A stretch of DNA of 63,890 bases, counting the filler, from Chiloscyllium plagiosum (Eukaryota), in the NCBI RefSeq assembly GCF_004010195.1. It is 4 parts of one record of this genome, joined end to end, with 100 filler letters (N's around TTAATTAATTAA, not from the genome) between each part and the next. Parts side by side here need not be neighbours in the genome. Positions count along the whole stretch, not along the records: positions 1 to 31,447 come from NC_057711.1; 3 more parts are not named here. One strand, written 5' to 3'. Below are positions 1 to 12,790 of the stretch, one piece after another (position 1 is the stretch's first letter; each line of letters opens with the position of its first letter). The notes beneath the pieces are model-generated. The model had not been told where the DNA came from. It worked only from the letters and a program-made list of their open reading frames with translations, and searched no databases. The translations under genes were made by a program, and so were the position numbers.

Positions 1-150
1 TCCTCCATGTCCCTCCTCCCTACCTTTTATCTTCTCCTGCTGAACACTCTCTGCTCATTCCTGAAGAAGGGCCTGTGCCCGAAACGTCGAATCTCCTGTT
101 CCCTGGATGCTGCCTGACCTGCTGTGCTGTTCCAACAATAAAGTTTCAAC
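1..150 (+). mobile_element. 3' end (pLTR-like tail) of a Penelope-like element, hammerhead family A
   Basis: Pyrimidine-rich tract, then a hammerhead core, then the tail ...GATGCTGCCTGACCTGCTGTGC..., which recurs more than 10 times in the window, including beside PLE coding fragments. Confidence 0.75.
57..92 (+). ncRNA. Minimal type I hammerhead ribozyme
   Basis: ATTC-CTGAAGA-A-GGGC-ctgt-GCCC-GAAA-CGTC-GAAT: stem I ATTC/GAAT, CUGANGA core, stem II GGGC/GCCC, GAAA, palindromic ACGU stem III, GUC cleavage triplet ending at 88. Confidence 0.8.
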
Positions 151-874
151 TAATTCTGATCACAGCTGACTTTGAATTATTTGGGACTACACATAACACT
201 CATTGGTTAATTGTGATATTTTGTGTGACAGTTTATTTAAATTTCACTGTAATTTAGCAAGCCTCATGTAGTATCATTAACTCAAAGGGGCTGGGGAATA
301 TTCAGGGAGAAGGGAAGTGAGGATGAAAACAAATAATTCTGGATATTTGCACAAAATGTGAGCAGAAATGTTATAATGTTGTTTATATCCCATGGGGTCA
401 TTAGTTGACTCAGTATATGTTCAGGTTCTTAAAAAGTAATAAATAAAGATATATATTTAATCTTCAGTATAGGAAAGACCAGTTTTGAGTGGTTTTTGAT
501 TTAATAGAATTTCCTGCACAGAATGGTGTGTTTCAGCTCAAATGGTATTACCTTTGATTCTTTCCTATCCTGCTTCTCTCACCCTGTAAACACAACCTCT
601 CATACTTCTTTCCTTTGAGACCGTATCTCAGGACTCCTTAAAGGTACCTGCTCTTTTAAAATGAAAGTTCCCTTAAATTTTCTCCATTCAACACCTCCAG
701 GACAGCGACATCGCAAGGTTTGAAGCCGAGTAAAGGTCCCCTTACACCTTTAAGCCAACATAATGCCCATTAACCAGCCCTGACGGGCCACAGTATTGCA
801 ACAAATTAATGCCAATGGAAACTTATATCAAGAAAGGGAATCTTACTAAATTAAAATAACCGCCTCCGACTCAG

Positions 875-886
875 CAAGATGGCGGC
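875..886 (+). promoter_or_regulatory. YY1 consensus site at the L1 5' end
   Basis: CAAGATGGCGGC matches the YY1 consensus and sits at the inferred L1 start, as in mammalian L1 promoters. Confidence 0.6.
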
Positions 887-1016
887 GATTCTGTAGAACT
901 GCTGTAGACAGCTCTGCCTAAAAGCCAAGGCAGATTGGTGTTTTTTGCCATCCCTGGCCAACTTATGTGGTGAAAAGATTAGTTTAACACCTTACAGAAC
1001 ACATATTTGTTAATAT

Positions 1017-1952
1017 TTGGGAGTGGGAAGGATACCAAAGGAAAAAGGAGCAAACAAACAGCAGCAGGCAGAACACTCCCCTGCAGCATCTACCACACCA
1101 GAGACTGTAGCAGCAGCAGCCTCTCCTGAATCCCCCAGGGACCTGACAGACTCACAGGAATTGGCTGCGGCGATGGAGAGACTTACCTTGAAGGTTGCGG
1201 CTGTGATTGAGGAAGTCCATGGGGAGATTCATGCCCAGGTCCAACCTATGGCATCCATGCTGCAGAAGCATGAGCAGGAGATCCAGGGCCTCGGGGAGAG
1301 GCTAGGGGAGGTGGAGCATTGAACTAAGGCCTCAGATGCTGCGATGGAGTCCTCATCCAGTCGAATCCAGGTGCTGGAGCAAGAGGTGCGGGCCTTGTGA
1401 AACCATATCGATGATCTCGAAAATCGAGGTTGGAGGATAAATCTCCGAATTGTAGGGCTCCCTGATGGTGAGGAAGGTGAGCAGCCAGTCAGCTTCTTTG
1501 AAAACTGGCTGCCGAAGTTTTTGGGCCTTCACATGGAGTCCAGCAGGCTTCAGATTGAAAGGGCTTATCGGGTTACAGTGCACAGGTCAGGGCCAGGGCA
1601 GCATCCCCACCCGGTCCTAGTGCACTTCCACTCATATAAGGACAAGCAAAAAGTGATAGAAGCTTCCAGATCCCTGGGAAAAGATCAGCAGACGCTGCTG
1701 TCCAAGGGGTCAAAAATCATGTTTTTCCAGGATTTTTCAGCAGCTGTAATCCAAAAGAGGAAGTCCTAAAAAGAGGCTGAGGAACCTGGGCATCCAGTAC
1801 TCCATGAGATACCCCACAGTACTTCGTTTCAGTGACAAGGACTCAGTTTATACATTTGACTCGGCAGATAAGGTCGTTTCAGTGACAAGGACTCAGTTTA
1901 TACATTTGACTCGGCAGATAAGGCAAAAAACTTTGTGGACACTTTAAAATAG
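1017..1952 (+). pseudogene. L1 ORF1 remnant (coiled coil plus RRM, Transposase_22-like)
   Basis: Heptad-like region (1017-1322), then DDLENRGWRINLRIVGLPDGEEG, IERAYRV and IMFFQDFSA motifs. In-frame stops at about 1320 and 1398. Confidence 0.9.
1824..1923 (+). repeat. Perfect 50-bp tandem duplication in the ORF1 3' end
   Basis: TCGTTTCAGTGACAAGG...GGCAGATAAGG at 1824-1873 and 1874-1923. Confidence 0.95.
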
Positions 1953-2578
1953 ACAGATTGGCCTGAAGAATATGGTTAATGTTTGTTCTCTTTTATATTT
2001 TTCCCCATGTTTTCCCTTCCTTTTTTTTTATTCCTTTCTTTCTCCCTAATAATTTCCTTTTTGGAAAGGTGGAGGGGAAAAGACTTTGGAATAAGTTGTT
2101 CCTATTTTTTTAATAATAACTGGATTTTCTGATGGGAAATTTTGTGGATGTTCTTTGTTGTCACTCTCCCTTTTTTTTTGTTTGTTTTGTTTCTCTTTTA
2201 GTCACAAGTTGGGGTGACATGAAGCCAGGGATGGGTGGAGTGCTCATCCTGACTTTGTCTTTTTTTCAGTTGATTTAAGGATCATTTCCTTGTTTTTTTT
2301 CTGGCCTAAGCCTGAGGCACAGTCCAGGTTTGAAGGAGCTGTAAAGGAGGGGATGGGTAGGGCGAGTGCCCCCTATGGGGAGGGGGAAGAGTCTTCCATT
2401 CAAGGTTCTATAGCTGGTTTTCTTTGTAGTTTTTTGGTAGTAATAGTTGTTTATAGTTATGATCGAGTAGCTCTTGCATATATAGTTTTTCGATTATATG
2501 AGTCTTTATTTACTTATGCTCGGCGCTTTGTAAGCAGGGTTCTCCCTCCGAGGGGTTCAAGGGTGAGTGAAAGGGGAT

Positions 2579-5500
2579 ATGGCTAAATGTCTTATTAAAT
2601 GGTGCACTTGGAATATAAAGGGAATTCATTCGCCTATTAAAAGGAAAAAAGTGCTTTCTAACCTTAAGAGGGAAAGGGTTGATATCGCTTTGTTGCAGGA
2701 AACCCATCTTGATGATGGGGAACACCTGAAATTACAACAGGGGGGTTATGACTGGGTATTCTTTTCATCATTTACTACTAAAAGTAGGGGAGTGGTGGTA
2801 TTTATCCAGAAAAATCTTCCGTTCACATTATTAGAGCAGGTGAAAGATAAGCAGGGACAGTTTGTGATACTTAAAGCCCTGATACATGGGGAGGATTATG
2901 GCATTTTAAATGTCTACTGTCCTCCGGTGCATCCCCTCAAATTTTTGATTAGTGCTTTCTCTAAGTTGAGTGCTTTTGGAACACGGCATATTATTATCGG
3001 GGGAGATTTTAATTGTCTTTTGGATCCGACAGTGGACAGGACGCTTTATGGGCCCCCAACTAATTCTTCGCAGGCCAAGCAGGTGGTTGACTTATGTGAG
3101 GAGTTGGGGCTGGTGGATATTTGAAGATGTCTTCACCCTACTGGCAGGGACTTTTTTTCAAACCCACATAAATGTCACACAAGGATTGACCTCTTTCTGG
3201 CTCTCTCGGCACTTCTGGATTCGATTATGAGTTGTAAAATTGGGAGTATAGCTATCTCTGATCACTCAGCAGCAAATTGGAGGTTAAGGCCAAGAGTGAA
3301 GGGCTAGGTTTGCAGCACTGGCGTTTGGATCCTTTTCTCCTTAAGGATTCCAAATTTTTGGAATACTTTTTGAAGGAGTTTCAGGAATTCTTGATTATCA
3401 ACTCAGGCACGGCTAGTAGTCCGTCCATGCTATGGGAGACTGCTAAGGCCTTTGCTAGGGGATTAGCTATTTCCTATTCGGCTAGCCGGAAATGACAGAA
3501 GGAGAAATAGCAGCTTGAGATGAGGTTGAAAGCCGCGGAGGCAGCACATTTTGCGCGGCCTTCGGTGACTAAACTACAGTGGATCACGGCCTCTTTTTTT
3601 TTAAGATTACATTACAGTGTGGAAACAGGCCCTTCGGCCCAACAAGTCCACACCGACCCGCCGAAGCGCAACCCACCCATACCCCTACATTTACCCCTTA
3701 CCTAACACTATGGGCAATTTAGCATGGCCAATTCACCTGACCTGCACATCTTTGGACTGTGGGAGGAAACCGGAGCACCCGAAGGAAACCCACGCAGACA
3801 CGGGGAGAACGTGCAAACTCCACACAGTCAGTCGGCTGAGGCAGGAATTGAACCCGGGTCTCTGGCGCTGTGAGGCAGCAGTGCTAAGCACTGTGCCACC
3901 GTGCCGCCCATTGAGCTGCCCTGAATTCAATACTGACACAAAACGCAAAGAAAGAACTTGCTTTTGCTAGACAGAGGCTGTTCGAATATGGGGATAGGCC
4001 AGGGAAGTATTTAGCATACCTGACTAGGAAAAAGCGTGCTCCCCGATCCATTATTGCAATCAGAGACAGTGCCAGGGTCCTTACATACGATGCTAAGAAG
4101 ATTAATGAGGCTTTTCAGAGCTTTTACTCGGAATTGTATCGGTTTGAAGGTTGCGAAGACAGGAGTGCTAAAATGGAGACCTTTTTTAAGAACCTGGTCC
4201 TCCCAGGGGTAACCTTGGAACAGGCCTCTCTCCTTAATGCCCCCTTGACAGTTCAGGAAATACAGGAGGCAGCTAGGCAACTTCAGAGTGGGAAAGCACC
4301 TGGCCCTGATGGCCTCTCAGGTGAGTTTTATAAGGAGTTTATAGGGATTCTGTCAGGGCTGATGTTGGAGATGTACAATCACTCCTATGTGCATGAACGC
4401 CAACCACCATCTTTGAGAGAAGCTAATATTTCCTTAATTCTTAAGTAGGGGAAGGTTCCTAAGGATTGTGCCTCATACAGGCCCATCTCTCTATTAAATT
4501 CAGACTTCAAGATTCTGTCCAAGATCCTGGCGCTGAGACTGGAAAGGGTGTTGCCCCATTTTATTAAAGAGGGCCAGACAGGCTTTATAAGGGGCCGTAG
4601 ATCCTCTAATAATATTCGTAGGTTGCTGAATGTGGTCCAAGTTTGTCAGCAACGATCAATTCAGGGATTGGTGATTTCCTTAGATGCAGAGAAAGCATTT
4701 GGCTGGGTGGAATGGCCGTATCTTTTTTATGTCTTAGAACAGTTTGGGTTGGGTGGAGTCTTTGCTAGGTGGATGGAGGTTTTATATTGCCACCCTCTGA
4801 CCATGGTCATCACCAACGGGGTGAAGTCTGGGAATCTTAAGATTGGTAGAGGTAGTCGGCAAAGCTGCACCCTCTCACCATTGTTGTTTACGTTGGTGAT
4901 AGAGCCGTGGGCAGAGGCCATTAATCAGAACATCCACATAAGCGCTCAGGAAGTGGGATCGAGGGCACACAAGATTACACTGTATGCGGATGATGTCCTT
5001 CTGTTTTTATCGAACCTGATCACCTCCGTACCCCATTTGATATCAATTCATTTGGGGCTATTTCAGGATATAAGATTAACTTTGCAAAATCGGAGGCTTT
5101 GCCTTTGGGGAATCTTAAGGATGTGCCAGAAGTTGAAGGTGGCCCTAAGTTCCCTTTTAAGTGGTCACAGGCAGGGTTCCGGTACCTAGGCATTCTTATT
5201 ACCCCCAAGTTTGATCTGTTATTTCGGACTAACTTTGCTCACTTGCTCGACAATATTAGGCGAGGTCTCCAGAGATGGGAGGCTCTTCCAATTTCATGGC
5301 TGGGCCGAATATCTCTCATTAAGATGAATGTTCTTCCTCGTTTGCTTTATCCCATGCGTATGCTCCCTATAATGTTTCCCAGGTCAACGCTGCAGAAGCT
5401 TATGGGGTGGTTTGGTTCCTTTGTCTGGCATTATGGGCGGCCCCTCATCAAACTTACTAAATTGCAGTTACCTCAAGGAGGGGGAGGAGTTGATTTCCCA

Positions 5501-6658
5501 GACATCAGGAGGTATCAATTGAGTTCCCTGCTGTCCTTTGTCTGTGATTGGGTAGGTAACAATCCAAACTCAATATGGCTGGATATTGAGGCCTCCCAAG
5601 CAAAGTGCCCTCTTATTAACCTATTGTTCATGGATAAGATGAGGTCAGTTATGGACCACTGCTAGAACTCCATTGTCATTAGTACAGTCAAGGCATAGAG
5701 GGCGATGCGTCAGAGTGAGGGTTGTTTATCCAAGACTTCGCCACTTACACCTATAGTTGGGGTGTTCCAACCAGGGATGATGGACTCAGGGTTCAAACTA
5801 TTGGCAGCGAGAGGAGTTTCTAGTTTGGGAGACTTGTTTGAGGGGGAGGTTATGATGTCTTTTGAGCAACTGAGCTGCAAATACGGGTTACCCAGCAAAG
5901 ACCTTTTCTGGGTTTTTTTCAGGTGAGGGATTTCATCCAGAAGAAGACTACACTTCTCACAAAGCCCTGTAAGCCTGATACAGAGAGGTTGTTGCTACGC
6001 TCCACAAGCACCCTTTCGGTTAGTGCCCTCTATCGTCTGGCAGGATATTACCGGTTATGTGAGGTCTGGGAGCAAGAGCTGGGAGTGGAGATCTCTTCTG
6101 AAACATGGGAGAACATATGGGAGAATACCAAAAGATCCCAATCTGTAATAGGACATGCGCTACGCAGTTAAACATTCTGCACATGGCTCATCTGGCACCA
6201 GGCCGTCTGGCGAAGTTTAAAAAAGGGCATCTTCAGTGTGCCCCAAATGTAAAATAAGTGTAGGTACTCTTACCCATTGCTTCTGGACATGCTACAGGCT
6301 CCGTGTTTATTGGAGCGCTGTGGTGGGAGGGATAGGGAGGGTATTGAGGACTGAAGTCAAAGTAGACCCAATATCTCTCCTCTTAGGTCTACCGAATTTA
6401 CCATCTTTAGACGGGCATAAGAAGAAACTATTTAATATTCTTACATACTGCGCATGGAAGAATATTCTGATGAACTGAGTGTCTGAGAACCCGCCGGGCT
6501 TGCTGGGATGGCAGAAATTAATTATGGAGCACATTCTCTTGGACTTTTTTACAAACATGGTGCACCACACAACAGACCATTTTTATAAGACATGGCAGCC
6601 CTACTTGAGTTATTTGGATATAGATTTATCAGTTATCTTAACTAGGGCATTTGTTTAA
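2579..6658 (+). pseudogene. L1 ORF2 remnant (APE endonuclease, reverse transcriptase, CCHC)
   Basis: TWNIKG, LQETHL, GGDFN, ISDH, KAPGPDG, SLDAEKAF, YADD (4983-4994), FRYLGI, CPKC...HCFWTC; terminal TAA at 6656-6658. Multiple disablements. Confidence 0.95.
3594..3909 (-). mobile_element. HE1-type tRNA-derived V-SINE inserted in L1 ORF2
   Basis: Minus strand starts GGGCGGCACGGTGGCACAGTG (A box), then B box GGTTCAATTCC, V-domain GGTGCTCCGGTTTCCTCCCACAGTCCAAAGA and CR1-like tail GGCCTGTTTCCACACTGTA. Confidence 0.92.
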
Positions 6659-7009
6659 CCAGGATGATTAGATTTGTCAAGCCCTGGGCCCTGGAGGGGG
6701 TCTCCTGAGTTAATACGGGTCAGTATACAATGCCCCCATTCCTTTGTTTGGGAGCCTTGCGCCGAGCATAGCTGTTCTGTATTACGTGTTTTTTTTTTGC
6801 TTTTCTTTCTTTTTTTGGTGTTGCTTTGCACAGTGTTTGGGTTTGCTTTGTATTATAGAGTAGGTTAGTTGTTAGTAGATAGTAGTTGTATTGAAATTTG
6901 TGTTTTTTTTCTTTTTATTATACTGATATTTGTGATTTTTTTTCAATAATTTTATACATTTGTAAAGTTAAAAAAAAATTGCTAATAAATATATTTCCAA
7001 AAAGAAACC

Positions 7010-7290
7010 ATCCCTATGGTTCTCACCAGTCTGTAAGGGCATCTATCGTGCCAGTGAGCGCTGCTTGTCCCCTCTTCAGGTACACCAGGAGCAGACGTAA
7101 CAATGAAAGATGACAGGCAGACAGGTACAGTGACCCCCTCCATAGCCTAGACCTGTTAACAGCCACTTTGGCCAGGCCCAGGAACAGACCCATGAGAAGG
7201 TCGTCTGACCTGTCCATCCCTCCTGAAAAGGAGGCCTGTAGATCCAAAACGTGGGGCTGAAGTGCAACTTTGCAACTTAACTCAACCATT
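7010..7290 (-). mobile_element. Tx1-like LINE ORF2 C-terminal fragment
   Basis: Minus-strand peptides LHFSPTFWIY and DDLLMGLFLGLAKVAVNRSR resemble the end of L1-Tx1 ORF2. Confidence 0.6.
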
Positions 7291-8349
7291 CTGGGTGGCA
7301 GCTAGTTCTTGAGTTTTGTGCCTCCATCACTATTGGAACAAGGACAGAAAGATTTTAGAAGAAGTGGGCAGTTCCTGATTCTGCTCCCATTTCTAATTCT
7401 AGCAATTTGTGACAGTCTGGGGTAAGATTGTGATTTGGGAGCACGCTCTCGGTATCCCCGATCTTTCATGTTCCATTGCAGGGTGTGTAATTCAGAGTGC
7501 TCCTCAATTTTGATGGGGTCAGGCCAACTATATTGAATGAGACTTGGTTCACAGCTTCTGAGAGGAGTTGTGAACTATAAGGGAACCTTAACCTGGTGTC
7601 AGGAACCCTTCAACAGGTAAGCATGAAGAGTGTTTATATATCCTGTGATAATATGCGAATCAAGCAGTTAGGTTTGCACTTACAGCATTTTTTATGACTT
7701 TAAGTATGTTTTCAGTGCAGTGATTGATCGTAGGTCTCTGTCCTAAAAAAAGGTGAGAGATAATGACATTGACTAACATTGTCGAAGTGTCCAGGTGCCT
7801 TCCTTAAGTGGATAAAGTCTTTTTCTGCATCCTACAGTTTGTGTGCAACTCTTTCTTTCAGTCACTGCTTAACAATATGAGTGATTTATTTTCTTAGCAC
7901 CTTGCACCTGTATAGCAGCTGCTAGTTTCTGAGAGCTCACTTTATACAGCAACTCCAATTCTCCTGCCCTGTTAAAAGATCTACATTGCAGGACGGTTAA
8001 GCTCCTGTGTCAGAATGGGAAAATGTCATTGTTTGGTAAGTGCTGCTGGCTTTACTTGAGTAATGCCTAGGTGGACTGAGAAGCTCTTTCAGGTCCAAAG
8101 GTTCATCTGGACATTTTTGAATCTGTTTTAACACTCACCCCACTAAAGTTTCACACTGAAGAGTGTGAAGCCTCATTGAAATGGGCAGCATTCTCCTCTG
8201 AGGCAACTGAGGGGGGGTGGGGGGGACGGTAAGTGTTGGCATTCGTGCACCACGCTTGAGGTCAGGATTAGGCTTTGGTTTTATTACAGATAAGAAATTC
8301 TGACCTCATCCCTGAAAGTCCATTATCTGTAAATGTGACACGATCCAAA

Positions 8350-8535
8350 ATTCGGCAGACCATGTCCGAACAGACACCACATGCTCGCTGACCTGCGTTG
8401 GCTCCCTGTTAAAAAATGTCTTAATTTTAAAACTTTTATTCTATTTTTCAGATATCTCCATAACCTGGTCCCTCCCTACATTTTTCTCCCCGAGTGTCAC
8501 AATCATTTGAGATATCTATATTCATCCAATTCTGG
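8350..8535 (+). mobile_element. Degenerate L2-like LINE 3' fragment (continues at about 9440-9620)
   Basis: CTCGCTGACCTGCGTTGGCTCCCTGTT encodes an LADL.WLPV-like motif; tail TGTGAAGCACCTTG near 9565. Confidence 0.5.
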
Positions 8536-8559
8536 CTATTTTCTCTAGCAGCAAGGAAG

Positions 8560-9225
8560 GTGGTGGCACAGTTGTAATGTCACTGGATTACTGATCCAGA
8601 GTTACAGACCAATGTTCACGGCAGATGAAAAGCCTTAAAAAGAAAATATGGGGTGGCACAATGGCTTAGTGGTTAGCACTGCTGCCTCACAGCACCAGGA
8701 ACCTAGGTTCAATTCCAGCCTTGGGCGACTGTCTGTGTGGAGTTTGCATGTTCTCCCCTTGTCTGTGTGGGTTTCCTCTGGGTGCTCCAGTTTCCTCCCA
8801 CAGTCCAAAGATGTGCAGGTCAGATGAATTGGCCATGCTAAATTGCCCATAGTGTTCGGTGCATTAGTCAGAGGGAAATGGATCTGGGTAGGTTACTCTT
8901 TGGAAGGTTGGTGTGGACTTGTTGGGCTGAAGGGCCTGTTTCCACACTGTAGAGAATCCAATCTCAAAAAGAAGGTGAAATTTGAATTCAATAAAAATCT
9001 GAAATTAAAATGCTGGTCTATAGTGACCATGTAACAGTTGCTGTAAATAACCATGTGATTCAATAATAGGATAGGAAATCTGCTGTCTTTACCTGAATGA
9101 TCAATGTTTGAATGGAAGTCTACAGTAATGTGGTTGATTTTTAACTGCCTCTGAAATGGCCAAGTAACCCACCCCAGCTGAAGGGCACTTAGAGATGGGC
9201 AATAATTGTTGGCCTTGCCTTGATG
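8560..9225 (+). mobile_element. Older tRNA-like SINE (tail GATGGGCAATAA...), split by an HE1 copy
   Basis: Same head and tail recur at about 13030-13380(-), 28790-29065(+), 47735-48070(-) and 52970-53300(+). Confidence 0.6.
8650..8964 (+). mobile_element. HE1-type V-SINE
   Basis: A box TGGCTTAGTGG, B box GGTTCAATTCC, V-domain and CR1-like tail. Confidence 0.9.
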
Positions 9226-9310
9226 TCTTGATGGAAAAATAATTGTTCCATCACTGATGGATACGTCTTCAGACTAGCTAGGTCCCAAGTTCTAGAATTC
9301 TCATGCAGCC

Positions 9311-9441
9311 ATTTCTGATGAAGGGTTTATGCCCAAAATGTTGACTCTCCTGTGACTTGGATGCTGCCTGACTTGCTGTGCTTTTCCAGTGCCGCACTTT
9401 TCAACTCTGACTCTCCAGCATCTGCAGTCCTTACTTTCTCC
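9311..9441 (+). mobile_element. Short PLE-derived element, family A, degenerate hammerhead
   Basis: CTGATGAAGGGTTTATGCCCAAAATG followed by the family A tail to CTTTCTCC; the GAAA box is mutated. Confidence 0.75.
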
Positions 9442-11584
9442 TTGTACCTCTCTGCCCATTTACTTTGTCCTTAAGTCACTCCTTAAAACTGACCTCTTTG
9501 ATGTCACCTAATCTGCTAACTCCTTGAGTGGCTCAGGGTTTTATTTTGTTTCAGAATGTAGCTGTGAAGCACCTTGACGCATTCTATCACATTGAAGGTA
9601 TTGTATAATACAGGTTTGTATGGTTTATATCCTGTATATTCAGCATTGGCTCAAAGCAGAAATCATTCTCAAAGGCCGCTGAAGTTTGCAGCGTAGTTGG
9701 CCCCATTTTGTCTTTAGCGATTGATTATGGGGTGGGGAGTATGTGCACCTGGGAGAGAGGATTGATCATTTTAAGACCTGATCAAGAAACACAGGTGGAT
9801 CATTTGCATTTGCTCAGCATGGGCTTTTTTGAACATAGTTTTTCACAGTGAATGCTATCTGGGTTCAGACTTACCACCTGGACTAGCTGTCACTTGCTAC
9901 ATAACCTGAGGTTGCAGAGTTTGCCCAGGGCAGACAAGCAGGAGGCTGGAAGAACACAGCAAGGCAGGCAGCATCAGGAGGCGGAGAAGTCCAAGCATTT
10001 CTGTCCGGGTGATTATTTTATTTGTCGAATCGTTTGGGAAATGACACATGAGCTGAGATCATCCAGAGTAACCCCCATATAAGAACTTACACATTTTCTT
10101 TGAACTAAACAGACCTTTGGGCTTGGAAGTTACACAATTATAAGATCATTTGTTGAGGATAGGAGGGATAGAGGGACATGAGGGAACAACAGTCAGGAGA
10201 TCCTTTCAGAGCAGTTATACGCAATATTATGACATGACCCATGACCTATTTATGAGAGAGCCAAGACTATTGTAAGCTCTGCACTGTCAGGAATCTCAAG
10301 CGTGCAAGAAATTTCCATTTGGAAAACAATTTTTTTGATTGACTGACACTAAAGACATTGTTTAGTGGCACTGAGTGGATCCAGTCAGCTGTTACTTTAA
10401 ACATATTTTCATTGTAGAACATGCCCCATGGAAAATTTCAAACGTACAATCTTTAGTAGCATGTAAACAACATTCTATTGGCCTAGTACTGTGTGTTTTT
10501 GCTCCTATGCAGGGAAGCAGAGGTGAGACAAAACGTGTGTTTGTGGGATACTACCAAACAAATCAGTGCTGGGAGACATGCCAACAGTGCAAGCATGTCC
10601 AAATTATCCTTTGGCTTTACAATAGGGCATCCATTCTCCTCTGCTCTCCCCTCCTCACGCTCTGCCACTTCCCACCCTCACCCATCCACCAGCACACCCC
10701 AGCTCCCCTCCACTCCCAGACCATTCAATGGCTCATTATCTGATGAGTGCTGCAGATAAGAGTCAAGTAGTCTATTGTGAGAGGAGTGAGCTTGAATGAG
10801 TCATTTCCTCTGAAAAATCAGATTGCCTTCAGTGTTTTTATCGGACCGAACGCAAGTTATCTTTTTTCCCCTCATTACTGGCATAAAAATCATCGCATGT
10901 TTATACCAACCAGTTTGTTTTGATTGTTATTTCTCCTTTGTGTTCTGTCTTTAAAAGGGGCTGTGCCAGTTCTGATAAAATCGATGGGAATGAGGGGCAG
11001 TATCAGTTATAAGAAAAGCGATGGGATTGAAAGGCCATCAAAAATTTCAGCACTGTTAACCCCCATAGCTGCTCCCCCACCCCTGAAGGCTTGGAAATTC
11101 ACGCCAAAAGTGCAGTTACAAGTCTAAGAGAAGTCACTGAGTTCTGATAAGTATTTGCAGCTCCTCCCCTGCACTGAGAGACTGACTGCTGGAGCCAGGT
11201 TTCTCTCAATCCGTCATACCTTATCAGGCTGCTTGACAGTTCAGAAGCAAAGCTGTGGGGTGATCTGTGAATAGTTTGGTTGCTGGAGACTGGAGGCAGT
11301 TTCATCCCCAGCTCACCCCAGTCCACCCCCTTTTCGGGTAATGGGGAACATGATGACTAGCTAGCTGGAGCACTCGAAAATGTACATCTGCCAGTACACT
11401 CACATTATCCAGGAATGTGAACAGTCAGAAAACTACACAAAACGTATTAAAAGGTTTCCAGAGATATATAATTGGAAAACATATTTCTACATGATAACAC
11501 TTCAGAAAGTATTTCATTGGCTGTGAAGCACTTTTGAACATTCAGTGGGTATATGAAAGGTGCTACATAAAAACCAATTCTTTA

Positions 11585-12761
11585 AGAGTGGTAAATGTGA
11601 TCTCTATGGACTTCAGTAAGGCAGTCAACAAGGTTCCTCTTGGTAGACTGGTTAACAAGGTTAGATCACATGGAGTAGACGGAGAACTAGCTATATGGCT
11701 ACAGAACTGGCTCAAAGGTAGAACACAGAGGGTGGTGGTGGAGGGTTATTTTTCAGACTGGAGACCTCTGGAGCCACAAGGATCAGTACTGGGTTCATTG
11801 CTTTTCATCATTTATGTAAAAGTAAAAGGTATAGTTAGTAAGTCTGCAGATGACACCAAAATTGGAGGTGTAGTGGACAGCAAAGAAGGTTACCTCAGAT
11901 TACAACGGGATCTTGATCAGATGGGCCAATGGGCTGAGGAGTGGCAGATGGAGTTTAATTTACATAAATGTGAGGTGCTGCATTTTGGAAAAACAAATCA
12001 GGGCAGGAGTTATACACTTAATGGCCAGGTCCTGGGTGGGGGGGGTATTGCTGAACAAAGAAACCCTGGAGTGCAGGTTCATAGCTCCTTGAAAGTGGAG
12101 TTGCAGCTAGATAGGATAGTGAAGAAGGCATTTGGTACGCTTTCATTTATTGGTCAGAGCATGAGTGTAGATTTGGCAGGTCATGTTGCAGCTGTATAGG
12201 ACATTGGTTAGGCCACTCTTGGCATATTGCATGCAATTCTGGTCTCCTTCCTATCGGAAGGATGTTATGAAACTTGAAAGGGTTCAGAAAAGATTTAAAG
12301 TGCAAGGATGTTGCCAGGGTTGGAGGGTTTGAGGTACAGCAAGAGGCTGAATAGGCTGGGGCTGTTTTTTCTGAAGCTTTGGAGGATGAGGGATGACCTT
12401 ATAGAGGTTTATAAAATCCTGAGGGAAATAGATAGGGTAAACAAACAAGGTGATTTCCCTGGGTTGGGAGAGTCCTGAACTAGAGGGTGAGAGATGAAAG
12501 ATTTAAAATGGACCTAAAGGGCAATTGTTTTCACGCAGAGATTGGTGCGTGTATGGAATGAGCTGCCAGAGGAAGTGGTGGAGGCTGGTACAATTACAAC
12601 ATTTAAAAGGCATCTTGATGGGTATATGAATAGGAAGGATGTGGAGGGATATGGGCCAACTGCTGGCAGGTGGGACTAGATTAATATAGGATATCTGGTT
12701 GGCAAGGATAAGTTGGACCAAAGGGTCTGTTTCCATGCTGTACATCTCTGTGACTCTCTGA
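11585..12761 (+). mobile_element. 5'-truncated CR1 LINE (RT to 3' tail)
   Basis: DFSKA..KVP, PQGSVLG, ADDTK, WQMEFN..KCEVLHFG; 3' tail of CTCTGTGA-type repeats. Confidence 0.93.
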
Positions 12762-12790
12762 CACTATTCATAATTGAAGGACTAATTCAT

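Larger units (their letters stand above)
870..7007 (+). mobile_element. Near full-length, inactivated L1-clade LINE
   Basis: 5' YY1-like motif, ORF1 remnant, long spacer, ORF2 with APE endonuclease, RT and CCHC motifs, T-rich 3' UTR, AATAAA at 6984-6989 and a short A tail. Many stops and frameshifts. Confidence 0.95.

Noticed and set aside
850..7020. Target-site duplication for the L1
   Set aside because: No convincing direct repeat at the inferred ends.
7481..8036. Two exon-like segments (about 7481-7616 and 7898-8035) with AG acceptors and GTAAG donors
   Set aside because: Stops in all three frames and no recognisable protein. Non-coding exons cannot be supported without RNA data.
10740..10760. 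CTGATGAG as a possible hammerhead core
   Set aside because: No stem II or GAAA follows.
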